Assembly (NCBI GenBank): GCA_002269645.1 | Contig: NIVC01003805.1 | Span: 1 to 64,000, forward strand | Reading direction: 5' to 3' | From: Macrostomum lignano | Taxonomy: Eukaryota | DNA length: 64,000 bases | In this document: one piece after another, positions 33,501 through 44,394 of the stretch | How positions within the stretch are numbered: position 1 is the first letter of the stretch | How the letters are laid out: every line of letters starts with the position of its first letter | Translations under genes and position numbers: made by a program | Notes under the pieces: generated by a model | Told to the model about the DNA's origin: nothing | The model's input: only the letters and a program-made list of their open reading frames with translations | Database searches by the model: none

Positions 33501-36500
33501 TTACGGGTTGAAGTGTCGGGTTTGAAATCTGAAGCAGTATTGAGCGTCCGGTTTTGTCAGTCTGGCATAATGATGCTGCTAGTAGTAGCTTGTAGCGTTG
33601 CATCGTATGGTCCTTTGGTATAAATAGGACTGGCTGTAGCGGTGTGCCAGGTGTGGATAGTTCGGCTGACACCCACGTTGTTGTCTGTGCTGGGATGTGG
33701 GTGGCTTTCGGAAGTTGGACGTTGACTGTGTTCGCTGGAACAGTCATCGTACTGAGCATCGGAAATGTCGTACCATCGATTAGGGCTTCCGATTTGTTAT
33801 AGTCGATCGTTAGTGGTATATTGAGCGTCTTGAAGGTCTCTACTCCGAGGATGAGATCATATTCTTTGGACATGTTGTCCAGAACGAAGGCAGACATTTT
33901 GTGTTCCTTTGAGCCAATCAGTATGCGGAAGCTGGCTTCTTTCTTAATGTGGATCAGCTGTCCGCCTGCACATTGCACGTGAAGTGAGTGTGGTGTGATC
34001 TTGGCGTTCAGTTTCTGTGCAAAAGTCGGTGAGATGCAACTAATTGAGGCGCCGCTGTCGATGAGAGCCGTGCATTTGTGTCTTGTCGCTGGAGGCATAG
34101 TGCACCATAGTGTTATCAACGTGCGCGTGGTGAGATGTTTTAGGACGGTGTTGTATGCGATCGGCCATGGAGGAACCGGTGGTTTAGGCGCTGGTAGTGG
34201 TTTCCTCGTTGTCGTAGAAGGTGTTGGTGTTGGTTCGGTCTGCTGTGCTGTCGAGGTTATTTCGATTGGCGGTGCTGACGGGGCGGCCGGCGGAGCCCGT
34301 CGTGGCGGTGATGAGTTTAATAGTACCATTGGTATTTGGTTTGGAGCTCGAGTGGGTGAGGATGCATGGTGCCGTCTATTCCTTGGGCTATCTGTTGTTC
34401 GGAGGACCATCAGACGGTGCGTACGTCCGTATCGTACCGTGGTCGCGACGCAGAATCGACCAATATTGCAGATGAAGATTAGTAGCGCGGCATATACAAT
34501 GACCGCGGAGCTGAACAGAAAACGTTCCATGTGGTTATCGCGGAATCGTTCCCAATTAAAGATGGTGGTGCTCCAGAGATTCTTAAATGCTTGTGTAGCG
34601 TCCAGTCTGAAGCTTGAGGCGTCCGCCAGCAGTTCTTGGCGGGTTTTGTTATTGTTCAGCTTAAAGACAGTAACTAGGAAGTCTCTTGTTTGCATGAATT
34701 TTCCCATCATGTCTGTTACGGTAACCGGACTTCGCAGAGTGCTGTAGTTGACATCGCCAATGGGTGTGAAAATGCTCCGTCTCAGGTCGCTATAAAGTGA
34801 TTGTAGAAGGTACGCTTCGTCGGTGACCTGATGTGAGTCTAGTTCGCGAATGTCGCTGAAATTGGTCGTTGCTTTGAAGATAGAGGTATCTTTCGGTAGA
34901 TAGTATCCATCTTGATATTCGCACGGTATTAGTGGTTTGGCGGTTGAGACGATGAGCGTGGTGGTATCCAGATAAGCTAGTACGCTCCTGTTTTGTAGTT
35001 GAAATTTCATAGGTGGTCGCGTATAACATCTATTGGACTTGTACTCCGGTTGGACGAATGTGAAGTCGTAAAGTGGTTTGCACTGATGTACGAAAAGGTG
35101 ACCAGCGATCGACTGAGCGTATAAGAAGCGGTCGTTGAAGAGTTGTCGTGCAGCCAGTGTCGGATTGGTGTAGTACAGTGTGCGACTGTATCTCAGGTTG
35201 AGGGCGTACATTTTGCATTGTGTCTTAGTAAGTTGCGTGTGTACTGTCTTGAGGTCTTGGTGTAATTTCATCTCGAGGGCTTGTAGGCGGCTGGAAAGTA
35301 ATTCTGCTGAGGCCAAGTTTGTAGATAGTTGAGGTGCTGATTGGTTGTCGGCGGGCGTTTCACTTGAGCGTCGAATACGTACTTTGTCTAACGTCGGCGG
35401 TGCGTCTCGTTGTAAATATGGTATTGCCAGTGGATCATATTGATATTCTTCGGTTTGTGGTGTTGTGGCGTCCGTTGGCGGATCGATTGACATTGTGTGG
35501 GTTCTTCGGCTTGTCAATGGAGTTAGAGCAGTTTCCGTTAATCTTGGAGGTTCTGATGTCGTCACTGTCGATGTTTGCGGTTGCGTCGTGGTTGTGGAGG
35601 CCACCAATTGTGTCGTTGGTGTAGGACTGTCCGTGATTGGTTTCGTCGTGGTCGTCTCTTGCGTTGTTGGATCAGTTTTCGTCGTCGTTTGGTGCGTAGT
35701 CGTTCGGGTCATGTCAGTCGTCGATTTTACGACTGTCGTTGTAGGACTTGTTGTAGGGTTGGTTGATGTCTTCAGCGCATCTGTTGTTGTTCGTGTGGTC
35801 GGCGTCGATTTCAGCGTGGTTGTGCTGGTGGCTGTCGTGGTGGTACTCGTCCTTGGATTTGTTAATGTTGTCGATGTCGTCGGTGTCGTTGATGTTGTCG
35901 GTGTCGTCGTCGTTGTCGATGTTGTCGATGTTGTCGGAGTTGGGGAAGTTGTCGGAGTTGGGGAAGTTGTCGAAGTTGTCGCAGTTGTCGAAGTTGTCGC
36001 AGTTGTCGAAGTTGTCGCAGTTGTCGAAGTTGTCGCAGTTGTCGAAGTTGTCGCAGTTGTCGAAGTTGTCGCAGTTGTCGAAGTTGCCATGGCGATTTGT
36101 TTGTAGGGTAGTGAACGGCTAGGACGGGATTTCGTTTCTGCCGTATTGGGAGTGGCGTCCGATGACTGGTTTGTCTGAGCAGTCGGAGTTGGAGGTGTTG
36201 GCCTTATCGCATTAAGGAAGTGTTGTTCTTGTTCAAGTACTTCGACGTAGAGTCCTTGCTCGGAAAGGTAAAGCTTTTTGGTGCCAGCGGAGCAGCTAAG
36301 AGTGTGCTGAGGCGGTGTAGCTGCAAATGTTAAAGCTAGCGTTTGGTCGTCGTTGATGAAAAAGTTGGAGTGCTGTAGTCCATTCAGAGCGCGGAACGGT
36401 ATTAATGAACAATCTGATTGTGGTGGTACATTTCAGGACAACGTTAGTTTTCGCTCGCCTGCTGCGTGGAGATTGGCGACGGCCGGTGGAGTTAGTTGTG

Positions 36501-37923
36501 TCCAGGCCTCTGTCAGAAGCTGATGTGGTAGATTAAAACGCATCATCTGTTCCACAGTTGTCGGGATGGTGCAGCCTTTTGTTGAATAGACACAATGTTT
36601 GATCGGAAACGCCAGTGATTCCATCGGATCTGTTGGACTAGCAAAAGCGGCGATGCTAGTAATCAAGGTGGATGCCATTATCGTTTGAGTACGAGAGGCG
36701 AGGCAGTTGTCCAGCAAAGTTGTATGTATGGCTGACCGGAATAGTTGTTGGCCAGAAACTGTGGCTACTATTTGTAGTTGGCCATCAGGTGAATTTCTGG
36801 ACACGACCCATTGTAGACAAGCGAGTGGCGTTGTCGGTTTCGGTTTCACAGTTATGTGAGCTTCACGAAAAGTGCGTAGGTGTGAGCCAAGACGATTGCA
36901 GTTGATAGTTATCTCTTCCCGATAACACATGTTCATCATTATCCGGGTCTTTGCTAGGTTAGAGGTGTAGAGTCGTAGACGCATTGGGATAGCTCTTGTT
37001 TCTTGCGGGTTGAAGGACTCGCACCGTATTTCGGTAGGGATCTTGAAAATTCGAACTGGGCCTTTGAGCGGGCAGACCATTGGTGTGTCGACGAATGTTG
37101 GGTGATCGAGTGATGCCGTTCCGTTACGTGTTCCGATCAGAGTGGTGATCAGTAAACCAAGGAGTAATACGCCTAGTTGACCGTGAGTGTTTAGATGAGT
37201 CGTCTTGCGGGTCGGTTGTCTCAGAGAACGCTGAGTTGTGGGCGCGCAGTCCGGGCAGTCGGGAGTCCAGGGGACGACCTGGATGCCCATGACTTCGGCC
37301 TTGGTGCTCTGCTGTCGGCGCTTAAGGGCACGCAGGAGGTTGTACTGTGGTCCAGTCCCGGTGAAGTAGTATGGTCCACTACTTACTGGAGTAGACACAT
37401 TGACTTCCGGCTTTGATTCCATGGCCTTGTCGGCACCCGTCGGCTGCGGTTGTTCAGTACTGGAGGGTGCGCTTGTCGTTACGACCTGTAGGGCGTTCAG
37501 CGAGGCTGCTGGGGCTCGCGGTGACGGCGATCGTGAGTGGCTTCCGTTTGATCTGTTTGGTCCATAGGAATTTCTGTTGGAGAAGTGGACCTGTCGTCTG
37601 TCTGAGTGTTGATTGGCATCCATGATGATTTCCGGTACAAACAGATGGGCTGGTGGTGAATAACCAGAGGGCCAAGCAGTTGGTGAAGTAGTTACGTCGG
37701 GAGTAGAGCCAGAAAGTCGTCGGGTACTCGAGGTTGTGTTGTCAAGTGCTTGGTCTGTGTCAGCGGCTGGCGCTGAGTTTGGTTGCAATTCGCTCAATTT
37801 AGCTGTAGGGGATTGTGATGCTGCTCGTCGACCAGAGCGTAATGTGAGCGAGTGTTTATCTGGACTATCCCTTTGGTCATCATTTTGTAATATCGGTATG
37901 ATATGTAATGAGAATTCTGACAT
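30520..37923 (-). mobile_element. Ty3/gypsy retroelement with a gB-like envelope fused upstream of PR-RT-RH-IN; mildly degraded; no flanking LTR pair recognised
   Basis: ORFs 36433-37923 and 33355-36090 share one frame, separated by a single TGA. Protease ALIDSGAS (~34055); RT RLVADFRRLN, RLPQGLKSSP, YLDD (32721-32732); RNase H TDAS..GAVL, EREAYA, DHQPL; integrase HHCC, IDLVGP, DNGPQF, VERAHRTLK, then GPF module. Domain order is gypsy-type. Confidence 0.9.
34465..37176 (-). CDS. Class III (herpesvirus gB-like) fusion glycoprotein domain within the polyprotein
   Basis: Hydrophobic LGVLLLGLLITTLI (37135-37176), Cys-rich ectodomain, RIRR furin-type site (~35370), RLQ-x21-C-x16-NP-x26-C..CYTRP..F..PC, and C-terminal TM FLFSSAVIVYAALLIFIC. 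Confidence 0.78.
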
Positions 37924-38658
37924 GTATGCACACGAGTGACTACTGCCTAAGTAGTATCAGACGATAATCAAACAGAATATATGTGTATCAGCGTATTGAT
38001 CAAAATTGTAGGCTGTAGAGCCTGTAGACTTCTTTGTAAACGAATACGAACATCTATTGCAAAATAGGCTATACGACAGGGCCACAGACTACAGTGTGGG
38101 CTTGTTAGGAAACGGTACGGCGGATGCCACAGGTGCGTTTGTGGGCTTATTGCGCGAGTTCGGTGCACGAACTGTAATGTGTGATGAGTTGCAGGCCAGG
38201 AACGAATGTCGCGGCAGGGCGACCGTCGCAGCTTGTGTCACCTTTTAACCGGAATCGCCGATTTGCGATCTCCGACCAGCTCTTCGGGCACAGCTTGTGT
38301 GGCCGGGTTAACAACTGAGTGCCACTACCGAATTAGTGGCCGCCACGACTGGGTGGCTTGACGTGGGCCCACGTTTTTACTCTCTATGCTACTAGTAGCC
38401 CTCTGTGTCAAGCGTTGTTGAGAAAGAGAGAAGAAAAAAGGGACAGAACGAAGAAAAGGCGGTCTATATATTTTGTGTTTTTTGTTTGTCAATTTTCTGT
38501 AAGACCGCTAATAAGAGAGTGAGATGTAGTTCGTTGTACTTATATTTAGAAAGTTATTTGGAGTAGAGCATTGAAGGTGAAGTATTGTAGTATGTCATTG
38601 TCAGATAAATAGCATAGCGATATACGAGCTAGTGGTGTTAGTTAAGGGACGTTCGTAT

Positions 38659-39243
38659 TCAGAAGTGTTTAAGGACGTCAACGCGAGACTGGTATGAGCC
38701 GACGAGCAGGTGGCGGTAGGCGGGTGGAAGTTGTTTCACTTGGTTGCGGAGCTGTTCGTGGAGGGGGAAACCCCTAGTAACCCTCCATGTATGGTGGAAG
38801 GCCATTTGGGCGAGGTGGGCAAGGCTGGGTGGGGAGAAGGGCGGCTTGGCGAGTGAGCCGATGTCGGCGGCGACGCAGGAGCGGCGAGCTTCGTTGTCCG
38901 TAGCCAGGTGTTCTGGGCGTGTGCCCGCAACCACCAACTCCAAGTGGAGGAGGAGGGGTGCGAGCTCCTGGTACATCAAGACGACCTTCCAGACGGGGGT
39001 GCGTAGACGCGGCAACCTCGTCAGGAAGCGGGCCACCAGGTAGAGTGCCGTTGGCTTGTCATTCGAGCCTTTCAGGATGTAGATTATCGTATTCTGAATG
39101 GCGCGCTCAGATCTTCGGATGGTGTTTGCCGGGAGTAGGGCATACCATGACATCAGGCCATCTAAGACCCGTAGGTCGCCCTTGTTCAACCGCGCCAGTT
39201 CCTCCTGGTCGTCCCATTCGAACACGGTGTCTCCACAGGCCAA
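38659..39243 (-). CDS. Hypothetical protein with a C-terminal SOCS/BC-box-like motif
   Basis: PPSLAHLAQMAF...QLPPAYRHLL at the C-terminus. The frame extends ~25 codons upstream without an ATG. Paralog at 49574-49790. Confidence 0.55.
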   Translation of the reverse strand: MACGDTVFEWDDQEELARLNKGDLRVLDGLMSWYALLPANTIRRSERAIQNTIIYILKGSNDKPTALYLVARFLTRLPRLRTPVWKVVLMYQELAPLLLHLELVVAGTRPEHLATDNEARRSCVAADIGSLAKPPFSPPSLAHLAQMAFHHTWRVTRGFPLHEQLRNQVKQLPPAYRHLLVGSYQSRVDVLKHF

Positions 39244-40689
39244 GTCGATGAGTCGGGCAACGGCTGGGTAATCGTAGCAAAGATGGTAATAGGGGAAGGG
39301 TGGTTGAAGATAGGGCTGGACAAACTAAAATCGTGAGGATCAACCTCCGGGATTAAGCGAAAGGTGCAGAGGGGATTGGAATTGGGCCTAACGAAAGGTG
39401 GTGGAGATGGTCAGGTAGGTTGGAGATAGGTAGCCATAGGGGTTCACGGTCTCGAAGCTGGGAACAAAAAGCGGCATAACTCGTCGGGGAATACATGTCG
39501 GTGGACGGCTCTAGAGAGTGGAAAATTAGGATATGAAACTAGTGGATGGCTGGTGTAGTAAGACTAGGAGCTTTGGAAGGGGAGCAATGAGGGGGGGACG
39601 GAAGATCGGTCTTTATTACGAGGCGCTGTGGGGGATGGGGAACCGCAGACATCCTGACTGAAGAGGCTAAGAAGTGGAATTTGTGATGATTCAACAGACG
39701 CTAGACACTGGGCAGAACCGGCAGTTGACTGCCACGGAGAGACCCCCAGCATAAACAGAGAATGGGGAGGAGGTAGGAGAGTGCCAGCATTTGGAGGCGA
39801 AATCCATCCTACTTCCCAAGGTCCATCGATGAGGGGGATGCCTGCCGGGTGGTAGCATGTTAGCTGGGTTTACTGGCGTGTGACTGGCGGCGGCGTTACG
39901 TTAATCGAATAGTTACAGGCGCGGAGCCTCTGTGTGCTGGAGCGGATCCAGGCTTATTGCGTGGGGGCTAGATCATCCCTGAAAGCAGAACAATACAAAG
40001 CATGGGGTCTGACCCATTGGGACGAATCCAGGTTGACTGACAAAGGGCTGTGTTGGCCGTTTAAACAATAGATAATACCGTTAGTAGAACGTGCCTGCGT
40101 AAGATGCTAAGTGGAGTGGCGCAACGAATTCGGCAATTGGGCTGGAGGCATATGTTCTTGCAGGTAGGAAGTGGGGTGCTTGTCGGTGTCTACAGGATAG
40201 AGGGAACGAAAGTAATCGATTGGGTGCCTAATTAGGAAGAGGGGGGAGGGACCCTAGAATTGGATGGGCAGATAGGCTGAAAGGGGAGCGCGGGTAACAA
40301 AGCGCGGGGGGGCCAAGTGGGAAGCTCGATGCACGAATATCGAGCGATGTCTGAGGGGGCAGAGAGGCTGGGAAGGAATGTCCCGTGCCGATCTGTGTAC
40401 TTCAGCGAAAGCCACAAGTCAGTATTCGACGAATACAGACCAGACTGTACTGTTAAAGTAGACTTCTGGGGAAGGATCGATCGAAAGGGGATAGTCCAAA
40501 GGGCGAGAGCGGCCGTGGGACGAGAAAGGGCTGCACTGTCCAGGCATTCCAGAACTTCTAAATGTCAGCCGTAGCCCCCAAAAGGACGAGGTGGCTGATG
40601 CACTATCCAGCAACAAGTCTACAGCAAATGTCAGAGGAGTGCCTTTCGCCCAAGCGCAAATGTCAAGCCTGCAATTCAGTGCAATTCTT

Positions 40690-41610
40690 ATGAGATATCT
40701 CTCCTTCTTTGAGTCCTTCGTAGATCTCGTGTAGATCTCGATCTGAAGCTCAGGCCTGAATTCGACTCGACTTGTAGTCCTGGTCCGAGTTTCTTTTTCT
40801 TCTTTTGCCGGCCGGTATCTGTCGTTCGGACCAATAAGAAGCTTCCAAATTAACAATGGGTACCCTGCGCCAAACTGCGGTTTAATATAAGCCTACTCCT
40901 TCTAGCAGTGCCTCTATGCACTCTAGGTATAGCTCCGGTAATCACTGATAGTCTACCAAGATCTATCAGGGTAGTCCTTCTGGAGACTGCTGCCAATGGA
41001 ATCTCAATAGACTCAAGAGTCTCAACAGACTCAAACTAAACTCCAACGAGACGTCTCAAAACACAGGCGCAAATGAGTAAGGCTTACCGCAAGAACTCGA
41101 CGAGTCTTCTGTAGGAAGTCCTGTAGTGGCTTCCTCTTCGGAGCTCTTCTCCTTCCGGAGGAATTGTTGGCTCTGAGTCCGTTCCGGACCACTTGTATTT
41201 ATAGGCGTTCAGACCTCTCTCGAGGTCGTACATCACTGTCTTCGCAAATGTCAAAGGGTCACGATTCGGTGGCTGTCAAGCATGACAGGGTAGAAAGTTG
41301 CGCAACTAGTCTACTGTAAAAGCGCATGATTGGTTACCGTAGCTGGTAGACTTTGATTGGTTCATCCGGGTGCAACCCGAGTGCAAACCAAATGATGACT
41401 TGTAGGTGGGGTTTGAATTGACAGTTGTTGGTCGCACGTGATTGGGTGATTTCTAAAATTAGCATGCTCGAGATTTCTCTCTTTCTATTGGTTAATTCGA
41501 ATATACGTATGGTTCAGCGCATATCGTTATACATGCTCCTCAAATTACTACTATTTAAGTAGTACGTTAACAATTTTAAATAACTTTTCTGGGAGATATA
41601 ATACTCTACA
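40690..41610 (-). mobile_element. LTR family L, copy L7, U5 end missing
   Basis: Family motifs GTTCGGACCAAT, GGCTTACCGCAAG and CTTGTATTTATAGGC; CTCTACA end at 41610. Confidence 0.88.
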
Positions 41611-42482
41611 CATCTCGGGTGATGCCGCGAAAGACCTCTACCGGCTTTGTGGTCTGAAAAACGAGCGGCAGCAGCTCCCGGCATGTAGAACTGGGTCTCC
41701 AGGCCAGAGTTCGAAGTCCGTTTTCGTGTTTGTTCCACTTTTCTGCCCTGCCGAAGATAATTGCGGCATCCTTGCGTTCGAGGGCCTCCTTCGAGGCAAT
41801 CGCAGCTTCAGGGAAGAACGCCATCTCGGTCAGCCAGGTTGCTGTTCGTGGCGGCTGTGGGACTAGTGCCTTATATAAGCCTCAGCAAATGGCATGCAGC
41901 TGTAGCCCGGATGGGAAAAAACAACATTCCGCATGCTTTTACCAAAATGTCAAAGGGACAACCCGCGCCCAGATTTTTTCAAATTTTGCATGCAAGTAGC
42001 AAGACGATAATTTTTTCATTTTAATGGCGAATGACAGTTGGTCTTCTAAATCCTGTAAATAGCAATGGTCTACTAATGGAAAGGGGGATGATAAATGCAG
42101 TCAAGACTGAAACAGTTGGTGCCAAGGCTGAAAATGCCACTAGGGGAACTGTGTCAGCTGTTGTATATACAAAATTTAGTGGGATTAAAACGAAGAAGGC
42201 AGTTGTAACAAGGGATAAAGAAGATGGGGGTGATCGCTCATTCCTACAGAATCAGTCAACCGCACGCTCCGTTCGATATCGGTTGGGTTGCTGTCCGTGA
42301 TGACCCACTCTGTTGTGAAGAATAAAGACGGTAAATATAGCCAATCCTAAACAGAGAACTTCACTTTCGATATAAGCTTAGACGGCAAGGGAGCTGTATC
42401 CGAGAGGATACACTCTAAAAAGCGCAATCTCTATTGTATAGCAGTATCAATATAGCTTAACTTCTTAAATTTTGTTTGAGTT

Positions 42483-43345
42483 ATGAGCGAGAATCTAAAT
42501 CATTTCGGACGCGCTGCTGAAGCTGTTAACGACCCTAGACGGGGCCGTTCGCGTTCGCGAAATGGACACCATATAGATACTTTATATTTTAATAGTTCGT
42601 CGCAATTTCCGGAATTTGACGAGTTTCCGGATGCCGACTACTTAAATGAACTATGCCGGATCCCTGAAGAGGGTAAGTTTGGTACCTGCTTGGTTATGTT
42701 TTAATTTATCCTCATTGAAATAAACATCTAGTGTTGCGACTTTCCTCCGCAGATGCCATCAGTCCTGAACCGCAGGGTGATCATGGACGCTGGGCACCGT
42801 GGACGTGGGTGTCGAGTGCGTGGACGTGGGCGAGGGCCCTGTGGAATAATATATATGGCGCTGCGGGCGGAGACAGCGATGTTGAATCTAGCCTTCAAAG
42901 TGATTCTGGCGAGGATGTTCGACCGACCGCTGCGATGCTCGAGTCTTCCGTCCTGGGCGAGGGTGCCGTGGGCGGCGGAAGCGCTGTGCAGTCCGACTTG
43001 GTGAGCGAGCCTTCTAGACCAAGCGAGAGCGTCGCGGGGGGCGGCAGCCATCGTGAGATTGGCTCCGTCGAGGCTCGTGTTTGTCGACAGTCACGGGATG
43101 GACCTAGCCGCAGCGAAGGCGCTATGAGCGGCGACAATCCTCGCTGGTACCCATTTCTTAACCATCGTCACGCATCTCACGTCTACGCGCCCTCTTGATG
43201 GGCGCGGGCATGGACGGGTGCGTAGTAACGGCGAGAATTGGGTAATCATCGCCGAAGAGCCTTCGCTTTATGGTCCATTGCGCATACTGGTTAGAGAGAA
43301 TAGGCCTGGTCCGCCTATTCGACGGGCGACTTCTGACTCGGACTC
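42483..43345 (+). pseudogene. Orphan gene C, copy 2, frameshifted in exon 2
   Basis: Same exon 1, donor and acceptor as 19387-20267. Indels near 43160-43195 shorten the ORF. Confidence 0.6.
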
Positions 43346-43366
43346 GGGCCTCTGTGAATTTTAAGC

Positions 43367-44394
43367 CAAGGACTTCTAGACTAACAGGACGTAAAACTCA
43401 AATATCGTGCAATCCTTTGGAGGCCACGATTTCCTGGAAAAAATACACTGCGAAGATAGGAAAAAATCTGTTTTTCGTCACAAAATCTGTGATTGTATTT
43501 GATCTGGGGCAGTGAAGACTACCATTCTTTTAATTTACCATGCACAACATGTTACTCTATTATATTTTCATATAGCTATGTAATGAAGTTTTAATTTTCA
43601 TATTGTTTTCACTTTATTTCATAAGCCCAAAGTTGCAAACTCACAAGTGGCATTAGCCAAATATCAAATTCAAGAAAAGAAAAGCTATTCAAATTTGTAA
43701 TATAATAATATTTTTAGCCTTTAAAATAAAAATTATAAAAGGACTAATCAATGTTTTTTCTTATAGATACCTAGTAAAAATGGTTAGGGCCTATTTTTGT
43801 GATTAAGTCTATTCTTCTTAAATCTTAGTCTTAAATATAGGCTTAGCTTAAAAACTGATAATACAGCTTTCTCAAGCCTAGGTAACCAACCATATGAAAC
43901 TATGTATTGGTAATCTATATATAATAAAAAATCATTGTCTAAATTTAATTAATTATTAGGCTAGATAGTGTAGTGATAGGTCTAGTTCTAGTAGGCCTAG
44001 GAATTAGTATAGTTACTAAACCTACAATAATAGCTTAAGACTAAGAGTACCTACTTGCAATGTTTTTATACTTTATTTTAAAAAGAACAACACAAAAAGT
44101 TTGGCTAATGCCACTTGTGAGCCTGCAACTTTGGGCTTATGAAATAAAGTGAAAACAATATGAAAATGAAAACTTCACTACACAGCTATATGAAAATATA
44201 ATAGAGTAACATGTTGTGCATGGTAAATTAAAAGAATGGTAGTCTTCACTGCCCCAGATCAAATACAATCACAGATTTTGTGACGAAAAACAGATTTTTT
44301 CCTATCTTCGCAGTGTATTTTTTCCAGGAAATCGTGGCCTCCAAAAAATTGCACGATCTTTGAGTTTTACGTCCTGTTAGTCTAGAAGTCCTTG
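43367..44394. mobile_element. Non-autonomous hAT-type element (1028 bp) with ~310-bp inverted ends
   Basis: Ends CAAGGACTTCTAGACTAAC...GTTAGTCTAGAAGTCCTTG. 8-bp TSD TTTTAAGC at 43359-43366 and 44395-44402. The empty site, with a single copy, is at ~19385-19392. Confidence 0.85.

Noticed and set aside
33995-36122. Plus-strand ORFs 33995-34747, 35465-36106 (poly-Val) and 35763-36122
   Set aside because: Antisense shadows of the Thr/Pro-rich minus-strand polyprotein. The same applies to 23377-23904 opposite polB.
36433-36435. Programmed readthrough at the TGA between the two large ORFs
   Set aside because: It falls mid-ectodomain, is one change from TGG, and the element has other lesions (frameshifts and a stop in RT). 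A point mutation is simpler, though only other copies can settle it.
9741-36435. Directed hypermutation (APOBEC- or RIP-like) behind the nonsense codons
   Set aside because: The few inferred changes are mixed in type and context, and too few to separate from ordinary decay.
38250-38640. A dedicated 5' LTR and PBS for the gB-Pol element
   Set aside because: A TATA-like motif is present, but no TG...CA unit, second copy or clear PBS was found; the 3' end is truncated near 30520.
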